Shown: positions 1 through 9,482, counted from the stretch's first letter. The stretch is 64,000 bases of DNA from an uncultured Solirubrobacterales bacterium (GCA_963716735.1 OY970321.1:2210021-2274020); one strand, 5' to 3'. The notes: generated by a model not told the origin, from the letters alone. Translations and numbers: made by a program.

Positions 1-288
1 GGCAACCGCGTCCCCCTCGAATGCCTCCAGCCCGGCACGGACGGCGAAGCCGAAGCCGTTTTCGTAGGGCGAGGGCAGGCAGCGCACTTGCGGATGCTCG
101 GCGGCGAAGGCTTCGACGACCGCCGCCGTGTTGTCGGCGCTGGAGTCGTCGACGACGATCACCTCGTGCTCGATCTGCTCCGCGTCCAGGGTCGAGACGA
201 TCTCGCCGAGCGTCTCGACGACCGTGCCGTCCTCGTTGTAGGCGGGGATCACCACCGAGAGCTTCAGCGGCGTGGTCGCGGACTCCAT
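1..288 (-). CDS. Glycosyltransferase family 2, Dpm1-like polyprenol-phosphate sugar synthase type (first 96 codons only; rest lies left of window)
   Basis: Own translation of minus strand from ATG 288-286: [31 protein letters not shown]...HEVIVVDDSSADNT...SPYENGFGFAVRAGL. VVIPAYNE and VDDxSxD motifs are typical of GT2. The ATG shares one base with the TGA of the upstream SDR gene (TGATG). Absent from the ORF track because it is truncated. Confidence 0.8.
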   Translation of the reverse strand, partial: MESATTPLKLSVVIPAYNEDGTVVETLGEIVSTLDAEQIEHEVIVVDDSSADNTAAVVEAFAAEHPQVRCLPSPYENGFGFAVRAGLEAFEGDAVA

Positions 289-1370
289 CAGGCCGCCTTC
301 TCGAAGCCGAGAGCCTCGGCGACGGCGGGCTCGTGGGCGACGGTCCACGCGAGCAGGTCGGCGAGCACGTCGCGGGCGCTGCGACGTGGTCGCCACGAGG
401 TGCGGGCGAAGAGCCGCGAGCAGTCCGAGAGGTAGATCGGCACGTCGCCGGGGCGGGTCTCGGGGTCGGCGCCGATCTCGATCTCGTTACCGGTCAGCTC
501 GCGGCAGAGTGCGGTCGTCTCCAGCAGCGAGAGGCTGCACTCGCGCCCGCCGCCGACGTTGGCAACCGAGCCGCTCCAGCCCTCCGGATCGCCCAGCTGC
601 TCGTCGACCAGGTCGACCAGGTCGTCGATGTGGAGCAGGTCGCGGACCTGCTTGCCGGCGCCGCCGAAGCCGATGTAGGAAAGCGACTTGCCGAAGTGGT
701 GGCTGAGCAGCCACCAGGAGAAGACGCCCTGATCGACCTTGCCCATCTGCCAGGGCCCGGCGATCACCCCGCAGCGGTTGACGACGGCGCGCAGGCCGAA
801 GGCGTCGGCGTACTCCTCGATCAGCAGCTCGGCCGAGAGCTTGGTGGCGCCGTAGAGGGTGCGGGCGCCGGGCAGCGGGAACTCCTCCGAGATGCCCAGC
901 GGGCCGGCGCCTGGGACGGGCTGCTCGGCGGCTAGCTCGAAGCGGGTCTCGCCCTCCTCCAACGCCAGCTCGAGCTGGGGGGCGACCGGGTAGACGCGGC
1001 TGGTCGAGAGGAAGACGACGAAGGCGTCCTCTTCGCGGGCGCGCTCGAGGCAGTTGAAGGCGCCGACGAGATTCGTCTGCACCGAGTAGGAGGTGTCGGC
1101 GAAGCCGGCCAGGACCGAGGGCTCGGCCGAGCACTCGACCATCGCGTCGAAGGAGCCGGCGGCGGCAAGGTCGGTCTGCTCGCGGACATCGCCGTGGACG
1201 AACTCGATCCCGGCATCGCGCAGGCGGGCCAGGTTCAGCTCCGAGCCGCGGCGCATCAGGTTGTCGAGCGCGACGACTTCCCAGTCCGGGTGGCGCGCTG
1301 CCAACGAGACGCCGAGGTTGGCTCCCACGAATCCGGCCCCGCCGGTGATCAGCACCCTCATCTGGCGCAT
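288..1370 (-). CDS. NAD-dependent epimerase/dehydratase (extended SDR, CDP-paratose/tyvelose 2-epimerase-like)
   Basis: ORF 288-1370. Rossmann motif [16 protein letters not shown], catalytic YGATK (YxxxK), [13 protein letters not shown]. The true start is probably ATG 1361 (MRVLITGG) rather than 1370. Confidence 0.85.
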   Translation of the reverse strand: MRQMRVLITGGAGFVGANLGVSLAARHPDWEVVALDNLMRRGSELNLARLRDAGIEFVHGDVREQTDLAAAGSFDAMVECSAEPSVLAGFADTSYSVQTNLVGAFNCLERAREEDAFVVFLSTSRVYPVAPQLELALEEGETRFELAAEQPVPGAGPLGISEEFPLPGARTLYGATKLSAELLIEEYADAFGLRAVVNRCGVIAGPWQMGKVDQGVFSWWLLSHHFGKSLSYIGFGGAGKQVRDLLHIDDLVDLVDEQLGDPEGWSGSVANVGGGRECSLSLLETTALCRELTGNEIEIGADPETRPGDVPIYLSDCSRLFARTSWRPRRSARDVLADLLAWTVAHEPAVAEALGFEKAA

Positions 1371-1404
1371 TCATAGCAGGGGTGGCTTCGCTAGGCTGCG
1401 GCCG

Positions 1405-2478
1405 ATGCCGACCGCGATAGTCACTGGCTCGGGGGGCCTGATCGGCTCAGAGTCCGTCCGCCGTTTCATCGAGGCCGGTTGGGACATCGTCGGGATCGAG
1501 AACGACATGCGTGCTCGCTTCTTCGGCGAGGAGGCCTCGACCGCGCACGTGACCGAGGGACTGCGCGAGGGCTATGCCGAGTTCCGCTCGCTCGACCTCG
1601 ACATCCGCGACGCCGAGGGCATCAATCGCGCCTTCGCCGATCTGGGGGGCAAGCTCGATGCCGTCATCCACACCGCCGCCCAGCCTTCGCACGACTGGGC
1701 GGCCCGGGAGCCGCAGACCGACTTCGGCGTCAACGCGCTCGGCACGCTCAACCTGCTCGAGGCGGCGCGCGAGCACGCCCCGGACGTGCCCTTCATCTTC
1801 TGCTCGACCAACAAGGTCTACGGCGACACGCCCAACCGCCTGCCGCTGGAAGAGCTCGAGAAGCGGCTCGAACTGCCCGAGTCCCACCCCTTCCACAAGG
1901 GCATCGACACCTCGATGTCGATCGACCGTTCGACCCACTCGCTCTTCGGCGTCTCCAAGGCGGCGGCCGACCTGCTCGTGCAGGAGTACGGCCGCTACTT
2001 CGACATGCCGACCGTCTGCTTCCGCGGCGGCTGCCTGACCGGCCCCCAGCACGCCGGCGCCCAGCTGCACGGCTTCCTCGCCTACCTGATGAAGTGCACG
2101 GTCACCGGCACCCCCTACACCGTCTTCGGCTACGGCGGCAAGCAGGTCCGCGACAACATCCACAGCGCCGACCTGGTCGCCTGCTTCCAGTCCTTCCAGC
2201 GCGCCCCCCGCGCCGGCGCCGTCTACAACATGGGTGGCGGGCGCCGCAGCAACTGCTCGATGCTCGAGGCGATCGACGTCTGCGAGCGGATCAGCGACCG
2301 CAAGCTGCAGTGGGAGCTGAGCGACGAGAATCGCATCGGCGACCACCGCTGGTGGATCTCCGACGTTTCAGACTTCGCCGCCGACTACCCCGACTGGCAG
2401 CCGCGCTACGGCATCGACGAGATCCTCCAGGAGATGTACGAGCAGAACGTCGAGCGCTGGATGGCGACCGCGGGCTGA
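1405..2478 (+). CDS. NAD-dependent epimerase/dehydratase-like SDR (second, divergent paralog; catalytic Tyr position is Phe)
   Basis: In-frame ATG at 1405 ([16 protein letters not shown]). The upstream part of ORF 1093-2478 is antisense to the neighbouring gene. TGSGGLIG Rossmann motif and [13 protein letters not shown] are present. The YxxxK position reads FGVSK (codons 1945-1959). Confidence 0.85.
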   Translation: MPTAIVTGSGGLIGSESVRRFIEAGWDIVGIENDMRARFFGEEASTAHVTEGLREGYAEFRSLDLDIRDAEGINRAFADLGGKLDAVIHTAAQPSHDWAAREPQTDFGVNALGTLNLLEAAREHAPDVPFIFCSTNKVYGDTPNRLPLEELEKRLELPESHPFHKGIDTSMSIDRSTHSLFGVSKAAADLLVQEYGRYFDMPTVCFRGGCLTGPQHAGAQLHGFLAYLMKCTVTGTPYTVFGYGGKQVRDNIHSADLVACFQSFQRAPRAGAVYNMGGGRRSNCSMLEAIDVCERISDRKLQWELSDENRIGDHRWWISDVSDFAADYPDWQPRYGIDEILQEMYEQNVERWMATAG

Positions 2479-2480
2479 AG

Positions 2481-4148
2481 CTAGCCGGCTTCGCGACCGA
2501 GGCCGCAGACCGTCGCCGGGCCGCCTTCGAGCTGCATCTTCCAGGGGACGGTGGAGAGGTCGCGGGGGATCGGCAGCGCCAGTGCTTCGCCGGCGCCGAC
2601 GCCCGTCTGGAAGTCGACCGGGAACTGCCTCCCCGTCGCGAACCGCCTCATCCTGATGTCGGTCACCGGTTTCGCGCCGGCGGCGATCGCGACACCGCCG
2701 GGCGGGACCTCGAACACGCGGGAGCCGGCGACGGCGAAGCACCCGTCGCTCGGTACCGCCGAGCGGGGGATCGGTTCGACCGCGATCCGCAGGGCGTTGA
2801 GCAGCACCTTGTCGGCGGCGAAGCGTGCGGGCTCCGGACTGCTCTGCAGCTCTGGGACGGTGAAGGCAGGAGAACCAAATGCGTCCACCGCGGAGAAATA
2901 GGAGCCGGCGTCGATGTGGTCGAAATTCGTATCGGCGAATTCCTCGTCGAGGTAGAAGCCCGGTTCGACCGTGTTCCTGGCGATCTCCAGTGCAGTCAGG
3001 TTCGCTTCGATGATCTGGCTGGTCCTCCGGTAGAAGTCATAGGACTGCTGGATGAGGAGTCCATTGCCGGCGAGCGAGACGGCGACGGCGATCAGCGCTG
3101 GAGGCAATAGGCGCCGGTCGAGCTTCAGGCCACTCAGCATTCCGGCGGCGACGAGCAAGACCATCGCCGCGCCGGGGTACTGGTAGCGGCTCGCCCACGG
3201 CACCCGGCCCGGCTTGACCGCGATCCCGCCGAAGACCCAGAACGCGATCGCGATCGCGATGACGACCCAGAGTGAGCGCGGGATGCGTTCGAGTTTGTAG
3301 AGGCGCCATGCCGCGAGCGCCCCGAGGCCGACGGCAAGCGGGCGCCCCCAGTCGAGGCCCGGCGGCGAGGGCAGGCCTTCGCCCATGGTCGCCAGGCCGG
3401 CCAGCGCTCCGCTCGCGGTGGCGAATGAGTCGAGCGCGAATATGGGCGCGGTAGCGATGTTGTGCAGTGTCACCGAGCTTTGGCCGCTGTTCCCCCAGCC
3501 GAGCCACCAGATCCCGTAGAGGACGACCGGCACCGCGACGACGAAGGCGCGCCGCCGCCAATCGCGGTCGGTCCGGCGCAGGACCACGTCCACGATGGCG
3601 CCGACGGCGAAGGCGAGCCAGAGGCTGGAGAAGAGCATCGCGCCGACCAGCCAGGCGCAGGCGAGGCGGTCGCCGACGCTGTCTCGCCGGTCGAGGGCCA
3701 CGAGCATGCCGAGGCCACAGGCCATCGAGCCGAGAAAGGTGATCGAGGCGAACCAGAAGAGGTCTTCGAAGGCTGCGCCGAGGAAGAGGATGGGCAGCGT
3801 CATCAGCAGGGCGCCCCAGCCGCCGATCCGGCGCCTGATCCAGACGAAGAGGAACCAGGCGCCGAGCAGGAGCATGGCGGTCGAGGCGATGCGGAAGGGC
3901 ACCAACGATCCCATGCCGAAGCCGGACAGCAAGAGCTTCCAGATCACGACCGCGCCGCCGACAAGGTGCTCGTTGGCCGGCGTCAGGAAGGCGTCGGCGT
4001 TGAAGTCGCGCCGGTAGAGGATGTAGGTCCAGTCGTCGAGGATGAAGGTCAGCCTCGAGCCGAGGACGACGATCACGACCCCGGCCACGAGCATCGCCGC
4101 CGCGAGCAGCAGCGACGCTGGGTTCTTCAGTCGGATTGCCCCGCCCAC
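2481..4148 (-). CDS. Polytopic membrane protein, possible GT-C-type (lipid-linked-sugar-dependent) glycosyltransferase
   Basis: 555-aa ORF with many hydrophobic segments in the N-terminal ~370 aa and a soluble C-terminal domain. An FILDDWTY motif follows the first TM, and an ALDRR motif comes later; both recur in the 26973-28727 protein. The start is GTG 4148; an alternative is ATG 4094 (MLVAGVV). Confidence 0.7.
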   Translation of the reverse strand: MGGAIRLKNPASLLLAAAMLVAGVVIVVLGSRLTFILDDWTYILYRRDFNADAFLTPANEHLVGGAVVIWKLLLSGFGMGSLVPFRIASTAMLLLGAWFLFVWIRRRIGGWGALLMTLPILFLGAAFEDLFWFASITFLGSMACGLGMLVALDRRDSVGDRLACAWLVGAMLFSSLWLAFAVGAIVDVVLRRTDRDWRRRAFVVAVPVVLYGIWWLGWGNSGQSSVTLHNIATAPIFALDSFATASGALAGLATMGEGLPSPPGLDWGRPLAVGLGALAAWRLYKLERIPRSLWVVIAIAIAFWVFGGIAVKPGRVPWASRYQYPGAAMVLLVAAGMLSGLKLDRRLLPPALIAVAVSLAGNGLLIQQSYDFYRRTSQIIEANLTALEIARNTVEPGFYLDEEFADTNFDHIDAGSYFSAVDAFGSPAFTVPELQSSPEPARFAADKVLLNALRIAVEPIPRSAVPSDGCFAVAGSRVFEVPPGGVAIAAGAKPVTDIRMRRFATGRQFPVDFQTGVGAGEALALPIPRDLSTVPWKMQLEGGPATVCGLGREAG

Positions 4149-4170
4149 GCCGGTAACCTATCTGCCCCTC

Positions 4171-5400
4171 TTGACGCTCCCCGCCCCATCCCCAGTCGCG
4201 ATCGAGGCCAGCGGCGTCGAGAAGACCTTTCGCATCCCCACCCAGCGGGTCGACTCGTTGAAGGAGCGGTTGACCACCTTCTCCGGCGGGGACTACCGTG
4301 AGCTGCGCGCCCTGCGAGACGTTTCCTTCGAGGTCGAGCGGGGGGAGTTCTTCGGCATCGTCGGCCGCAACGGCTCGGGCAAGAGCACCCTGCTGAAGAT
4401 CCTCGCCAGCATCTACGCGGCGGACGCCGGACGGGTGCGGATGGCCGGCCGCCTCGCCCCCTTTATCGAGCTTGGCGTCGGCTTCAACAACGAGCTGACC
4501 GCGCGCGAGAACGTCGAGCTGAACGGGGTGATGATGGGCCTCACGCGGCGCGACGCGCGCAGCCGCCTCGGCGCGGTGCTGGAGTTCGCCGAGCTGGAGG
4601 AGTTCGTCGACCTCAAACTGAAGAACTACTCCTCGGGGATGCTGGTCCGCCTCGCCTTCTCGGTGATGATCCAGTCCGACGCCGAGATCCTCCTGATCGA
4701 CGAGGTGCTGGCGGTCGGCGATGCCTCCTTCCAGCAGAAGTGCGCCGACGTCTTCTATGAGATCCGCGACTCCGATCGGACCGTCGTCTTCGTCACCCAT
4801 GACATGAGCGCGGTCGAGCAGTACTGCCACCGGGCGATGCTGCTTCACGATGGCGCTGTGCGGGCTATCGGCGCGGCCGACGAGGTGGCGCGCAGCTACC
4901 TTCGCCTCAACTTCGAGCAGGCTCCGAGCGACGGCGATGCAGATATGGGCGGGGTCGCCGACATCACGCTCAGCGACGTCTGGCTCGAGGACGGTGAGGG
5001 CCAGCGCATCACCAATGTCGAAAAGGGCTCTGAGCTGCGCTTCGGCGCGACGTTCGAAGCCCATCGCAAGGTCGAGGGCCCGAGCTTCGGGTTTGCTTTC
5101 ACCAACGCCGACGGGGTCGAGGTGACTGGGTTTGGCCTCGGCCTCTCCGGCGACGTACCCGACCTGCTCGAGCCGGGACAGCGGGTGAGCCTGAGCGGTG
5201 AGATCGAGAACCGGCTGGCACCCGGCCGTTACGTGACCAAGTGCTGGGTCCACCGGAACCACAACTTTGCCGACCTCGTCCTGCACTCGCCCCACGTGCT
5301 CGACTTCGTCGTCTACGGCAAAGACGGCGCGGGTGTGGTTGCTCTCAACCACGAGATCGTGGCGACGGTTGAGACCAAGGCGCCAGTGGAGGGATCGTGA
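4171..5400 (+). CDS. wzt: Polysaccharide/O-antigen ABC exporter ATP-binding protein with Wzt-type C-terminal extension
   Basis: Walker A GRNGSGKST, signature YSSGM, Walker B LLIDEVLAVGD, H-loop THD. About 150 extra C-terminal residues follow (ADITLSDVWLEDGEGQRI...FGFAFTNADGVEVTG...VLDFVVYG), beta-rich like the Wzt carbohydrate-binding domain. The start is uncertain. TTG 4171 is the first in-frame start not overlapping the divergent gene, and ATG 4042 would overlap it by 107 nt. Confidence 0.85.
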   Translation: MTLPAPSPVAIEASGVEKTFRIPTQRVDSLKERLTTFSGGDYRELRALRDVSFEVERGEFFGIVGRNGSGKSTLLKILASIYAADAGRVRMAGRLAPFIELGVGFNNELTARENVELNGVMMGLTRRDARSRLGAVLEFAELEEFVDLKLKNYSSGMLVRLAFSVMIQSDAEILLIDEVLAVGDASFQQKCADVFYEIRDSDRTVVFVTHDMSAVEQYCHRAMLLHDGAVRAIGAADEVARSYLRLNFEQAPSDGDADMGGVADITLSDVWLEDGEGQRITNVEKGSELRFGATFEAHRKVEGPSFGFAFTNADGVEVTGFGLGLSGDVPDLLEPGQRVSLSGEIENRLAPGRYVTKCWVHRNHNFADLVLHSPHVLDFVVYGKDGAGVVALNHEIVATVETKAPVEGS

Positions 5401-6248
5401 ACGCCGAGCCCTCGACCATGGAGTTGCGCGAGGTCACCGGCCCGTCCGCAATCGGCGGCGGTCGCCACCGCTTCTTCGAGTTGCTCTGGCTGATGTCGGT
5501 GACCGAGTTCAAGAAAACCTTCTTCGGCACCGTGCTCGGCTACGTCTGGTCGCTGATGCGGCCGCTGCTGCTCTTCGCCGTGCTGCTCCTCGTCTTCACC
5601 CAGGTCTTCAAACTCGGCAGTGAAGTGCCGCATTACGAAGTCCTGCTGCTCTTCAACATCGTCCTCTTCGGCGTCTTCCTGGAGGGGACCAGCGGTGCCG
5701 TTGGAGCGGTACTGGGGCAGGAGGGGATCGTTCGCAAGACCCAGTTCCCGCGCCTCGTCATCCCCCTCGCGGTCGTCCTGACGGCGGTCTTCACCCTCGG
5801 GCTCAACATGATCGTCGTCTTCGTCTTCATGCTCGCCTTTGGCATCGCGCCGATGTGGACCTGGCTTTTGTTCCTCCCGCTCATTCTCGTGCCGCTCCTG
5901 GTCTTCATCTGCGCCCTTGCGATGCTGCTCTCTGCGCTAAACGTCCGCTTCCGCGACGTGGCGATCATCTGGACGGTGGTGGCGACGGCGCTCAACTATG
6001 CGACCCCGATCCTCTATCCGCTGGAAATAATCCCCGAATCGCTGCGGCATGCCCTCATGGCAAATCCGCTTGCCCCCCTCTTCCAGCAGGCGCACATCTG
6101 GATGATCAATCCGCATGCGGAAGGTGTGCGGGCCGCCGCCGGTGGCCCCCTGCCGCTGATCGCCGCGGCCGTCATCTACGTCGTCGTTTGCGTTGCCGGC
6201 GTCTGGGTCTTCAACCGCGAGGCGCCGCGCATCGCCGAGCAGCTCTGA
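5397..6248 (+). CDS. wzm: ABC-2 type polysaccharide exporter permease
   Basis: 283 aa with six hydrophobic segments and an ABC-2 permease-like sequence (FRDVAIIWTVVATALNYATPILYP). The GTG start overlaps the wzt stop (GTGA at 5397-5400). Confidence 0.85.
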   Translation: MNAEPSTMELREVTGPSAIGGGRHRFFELLWLMSVTEFKKTFFGTVLGYVWSLMRPLLLFAVLLLVFTQVFKLGSEVPHYEVLLLFNIVLFGVFLEGTSGAVGAVLGQEGIVRKTQFPRLVIPLAVVLTAVFTLGLNMIVVFVFMLAFGIAPMWTWLLFLPLILVPLLVFICALAMLLSALNVRFRDVAIIWTVVATALNYATPILYPLEIIPESLRHALMANPLAPLFQQAHIWMINPHAEGVRAAAGGPLPLIAAAVIYVVVCVAGVWVFNREAPRIAEQL

Positions 6249-6297
6249 GCAGTGGGCGCTACTTTCCCTCTCGGGGCCGTTTCAGGGTGATGCGTTG

Positions 6298-7425
6298 ATG
6301 AGAAAACTGACAGGGGCGTTTGTCGTGGTCGTGGCGCTGCTCGGGCTGCCGGCGGCCGCCGCCGCGGTTGGCCCGGCGCCGTCCGGTTTTGCCGTCGGAA
6401 TCTCGCCCCAGACGCCAGCCGGCAAAGAGGACTACGCGCTGATGGCGGAGGCGGGTCTGACGAGCCTGCGGCTGCCGCTTGGCTGGGGCAGCGTCGAGCC
6501 CCAGAGCCCTTACTTCGCCGCACCCGACTGGTCTGACTTCGACCGCTCCGTCGCGCTTGCCGCCGAATCCGGAATGCGCGTCTTCCCGTTCGTCTGGGGG
6601 AGCCCGTCGTGGGTCGCCGGCCAGGGGCTGGTGGAACCCGTTCGCAATGCCTGGGAGGGCCGCGCCTGGGCCTCCTTCCTGCGCCAGGCAGTACGGCGCT
6701 ACGGCCCCTATGGGTCCTTCTGGGGGGAAAACCCGGAGCTGCCATTCCTGCCGATCCGTGACTGGGAGATCTGGAACGAGGAGAACATCGTCACCTTCTC
6801 CGCGCGTCCCGACCCGTCGCGCTACGCGCGTCTGTTGCGGATCGCCGGCCGCGCCATCCACCGCGCCGATCCTGGCGCGAAAGCGATCCTCGGCGGCCTT
6901 TTCGGCCGCCCTCTGCAGGTGCCGCCAAACATTCCCTCCGGCGCCTTCCTCAACGGCGTCTACCGGGCCGGCCACATAAGGCCCTTCTTCGACGGCGTGG
7001 CGCTGCACCCCTACGTCGCCGATGCGAGCGCGATGGAACCTCAGATTCGCAACCTGCGCCGCATCATGCGGCGCCATCGCGACGGTGCCACGCCGATCTA
7101 CGTCACCGAGCTGGGCTGGGGCTCGGACAGCTTCCAGACCCGTTGGGAGCGCGGCATGTGGGGCCAGGCTCGCGAGCTCGACCAGGCCTTCTCGATGCTC
7201 ACCGACCACAGCCGCTCCTGGCGCATCGCCGGTGTCTGGTGGTTCTCCTGGGCCGACGCGGGCCGTCTTTGCCAGTTCTGCGATTCGGCCGGCCTGCTCA
7301 CCGGCGACCGCGAAGCCAAGCCCGCCTGGTACCGCTTCACCGAATGGACCGGCGGCGACCCCGAAATCGTCCCGCGCGTCAGCTTCGGCGAGGAACCGGT
7401 GGACGTCGTCGACTCAGCCGGCTGA
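6298..7425 (+). CDS. Secreted clan GH-A glycoside hydrolase-like protein
   Basis: ATG 6298 gives the signal peptide MRKLTGAFVVVVALLGLPAAAAAV. WEIWNEEN (acid/base Glu) and YVTELGWGS (nucleophile Glu) motifs are present. It is a paralog of 37669-38799. Confidence 0.75.
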   Translation: MRKLTGAFVVVVALLGLPAAAAAVGPAPSGFAVGISPQTPAGKEDYALMAEAGLTSLRLPLGWGSVEPQSPYFAAPDWSDFDRSVALAAESGMRVFPFVWGSPSWVAGQGLVEPVRNAWEGRAWASFLRQAVRRYGPYGSFWGENPELPFLPIRDWEIWNEENIVTFSARPDPSRYARLLRIAGRAIHRADPGAKAILGGLFGRPLQVPPNIPSGAFLNGVYRAGHIRPFFDGVALHPYVADASAMEPQIRNLRRIMRRHRDGATPIYVTELGWGSDSFQTRWERGMWGQARELDQAFSMLTDHSRSWRIAGVWWFSWADAGRLCQFCDSAGLLTGDREAKPAWYRFTEWTGGDPEIVPRVSFGEEPVDVVDSAG

Positions 7426-8301
7426 GCGGAAGAGATTGACCGAGCCGATGCGGCGCATCGCGTACTGGTCGTAGGGCAGGTCGCCGCGCCAGCGGTTGTG
7501 CGCCTCGGCGGAGACGAAGTAAGTCTCGGGGTCGCTTTCCATCGCCTCGATCTGGCCCGCCAGGTCCCGCTCGGAGAGGCCGAGGGCGGCGACGATCGCG
7601 TCGAGTTTCTCGCGGTGCTCCTCGGCGCCCCAGCCGGCGAGGACGTGATCGACGGCGTGGATCGAGCAGCCGTTGCGCTTCTGTACCAGCTCGTGGCCGG
7701 CTTCGACCACCCTGGCGACGTGCTCGAGTGGCACATGCTCGAGCACCGAGATCGAGAAGACCGCGCCGAAGTCGTCGCCGACGTCCTCGTTCGGTGGGAA
7801 GAGCTCGCGGACGAAATGCACATCGGGGTAGGCGCTCTGGAAGCGCTTGAACTCGCGCGGGCCGTTGCCGCCGCCCATGTAGTCGTCGACCACGGTCACG
7901 TCGTAACCGAGGCGCGAGAGCATCCCCGCTACCAGCGGCTCGCCGGCACCGATCTCGAGGATGCGGTCGCCGCGCTCGACGTTGCCGAGGATCGCCTTGA
8001 TCGCCCAGCAGCGCTGCAGGTCCTTCATGTCGAAGCTCGCTCCGGCGAGGCCGGTGAGGTGGTCGGCGCTGTCGGCGAAATCGCGCACGGTGCCATAGGA
8101 GATCGCTGCTAGCGGGAAGTCGCCGACGTAGCGCTCGGCGATCGGCCACAGCGCGCTGTCGGCGATCGTCCAGGCCGAGGCGTTGGCGCCGGGCGTCGCC
8201 CCCGAGGGGGCGTAGAGCGCGGCCTTGCCCGCCAGTTTGCGCAGCAGCGGCGAACGCGCCGCGGCGGCGCGCAGGCGTTGGGCCTGTGCCGTCGCGCTCA
8301 C
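7414..8301 (-). CDS. Class I SAM-dependent methyltransferase
   Basis: RILEIGAGEPLVAGMLSRLGYDVTVVDD ... FGAVFSISVLEHV (motifs I-III). I prefer GTG 8301, which forms a GTGA overlap with the upstream GT4 stop. The ORF track start is 8337. Confidence 0.75.
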   Translation of the reverse strand: MSATAQAQRLRAAAARSPLLRKLAGKAALYAPSGATPGANASAWTIADSALWPIAERYVGDFPLAAISYGTVRDFADSADHLTGLAGASFDMKDLQRCWAIKAILGNVERGDRILEIGAGEPLVAGMLSRLGYDVTVVDDYMGGGNGPREFKRFQSAYPDVHFVRELFPPNEDVGDDFGAVFSISVLEHVPLEHVARVVEAGHELVQKRNGCSIHAVDHVLAGWGAEEHREKLDAIVAALGLSERDLAGQIEAMESDPETYFVSAEAHNRWRGDLPYDQYAMRRIGSVNLFRSAG

Positions 8302-9482
8302 GCTGAGGAACCCACTGGCCGGCCGCTGGCCGAGCACTCGCGCAGGAACGCACCCAGCCCTTCGGCGTTCGCCCGCCAGCTCAGCTGCTCGGCGGCGAAG
8401 CGGCGCGCGCCGGCGCCGAGGCGCCCGGCCAGCTCGCGGTCGGCAAGCAGCTGTTCGATGTTGACGACGATCTCCATTGCGTTTCCCTGCTCCAGTAGGA
8501 GGGCACTCTCTCCGTGCGTGAGGTCATTGCCGATGTTGCAGTGCGGCAAGATAACCGGCCGCCCCATCGCCAGGAACTCCGGCAGCTTGGAGGGCAGGCG
8601 GTAGCGGTTGAAGTCATCGGGTGGCCCGGGCTGGACGTAGGCGTCGGCCATCGCCAGATAGGCGGGGATCTCCCGCCAGGCGATCGGGCCGAGCTCGATC
8701 ACGCCGTCGCCGAGGGCGCGGAAGGCGCGCGGGTCGGGCCCGCCGAATTCGGAATGGCCGAGGCGGACGAGGCGCACCCTGTGCCCGCGCCGCTGCAGCA
8801 GCTTGACGGCGAGGTAGAGGCTCAGCATCTCGTGCTGGTTGGCGTAGTGGATCGTGCCGTGGTAGACGAGGACGAAGTCCTCGGGCCCGAGGCCGAGTCG
8901 CTCACGCGGGTGTGGCTCGAGGTCGGGGTGGAAGCGCTCGAGGTCGATGCCGGGGCGAGCCAGCGCGTGCGGTCGGCCGGCACGGTTGAACTCGTTGAGC
9001 GCCTCCGTGATCACCGTGATCCCGGCAGCGCCGTCGAGGAACTCGCGGTGGTGGGTGGGGTGGATCAGGTCGGGTGGCGCGAGGCTGTCCTGCTGGCGTA
9101 GCGGCAGTCGCTGCAGTTCGGCCAGCGAGCGCCCCGTCGCCGATTCGATCAGCAGCTCCTCGTTGTCCTCGAGGTGGATGGCGTAAGGGGCGCCGAGTTG
9201 CCGCACCGCCTCCATCGTCATCCGTCGCACCGGCTCGCGCGGCGTCCAGCCGAGGACGATCGTCTCCCGCGGGTCGCGGCGCATCTCGCCGAGCTTGCGC
9301 TCGAGGTCGTCGTGGGAGATGCACTCGAAGCGTGGCTCGCCGACCGCCGCCGCTCGCGCCGGGTCGCCGCGCCCGGCCACGGTCACCTCCCAGCCGAGGT
9401 CGGTCAGCTCGTTGCCGAAGTGGTAGGCCTGGATCCCGCTGTTGACGTCGAACGGGCCGAAGTAGACGACGAGGAGCCTCAT
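8298..9482 (-). CDS. Glycosyltransferase family 4 (GT-B fold)
   Basis: 394 aa, MRLLVVYFGPF... The C-terminal half carries RLPSKLPEFLAMGRPVILP (an EX7E-like region). ATGA overlap with the upstream gene at 9479-9482. Confidence 0.8.
   Translation of the reverse strand: MRLLVVYFGPFDVNSGIQAYHFGNELTDLGWEVTVAGRGDPARAAAVGEPRFECISHDDLERKLGEMRRDPRETIVLGWTPREPVRRMTMEAVRQLGAPYAIHLEDNEELLIESATGRSLAELQRLPLRQQDSLAPPDLIHPTHHREFLDGAAGITVITEALNEFNRAGRPHALARPGIDLERFHPDLEPHPRERLGLGPEDFVLVYHGTIHYANQHEMLSLYLAVKLLQRRGHRVRLVRLGHSEFGGPDPRAFRALGDGVIELGPIAWREIPAYLAMADAYVQPGPPDDFNRYRLPSKLPEFLAMGRPVILPHCNIGNDLTHGESALLLEQGNAMEIVVNIEQLLADRELAGRLGAGARRFAAEQLSWRANAEGLGAFLRECSASGRPVGSSA

Noticed and set aside
21-935. 304-aa Arg/Pro/Ala-rich ORF on the plus strand, plus the overlapping ORFs 88-435 and 272-706
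   Set aside because: It lies antisense to or overlapping the well-supported GT2 and SDR genes. Its composition (RRRSPRAR runs) is typical of out-of-frame translation of high-GC DNA.
3037-5352. 771-aa minus-strand ORF spanning the membrane protein and wzt region
   Set aside because: It is antisense to the wzt ABC ATPase, whose Walker motifs are unambiguous. It has no motifs and is an Arg/Gly/Pro-rich shadow ORF. The same reasoning applies to 1479-3110 (+) and 1447-2346 (-).
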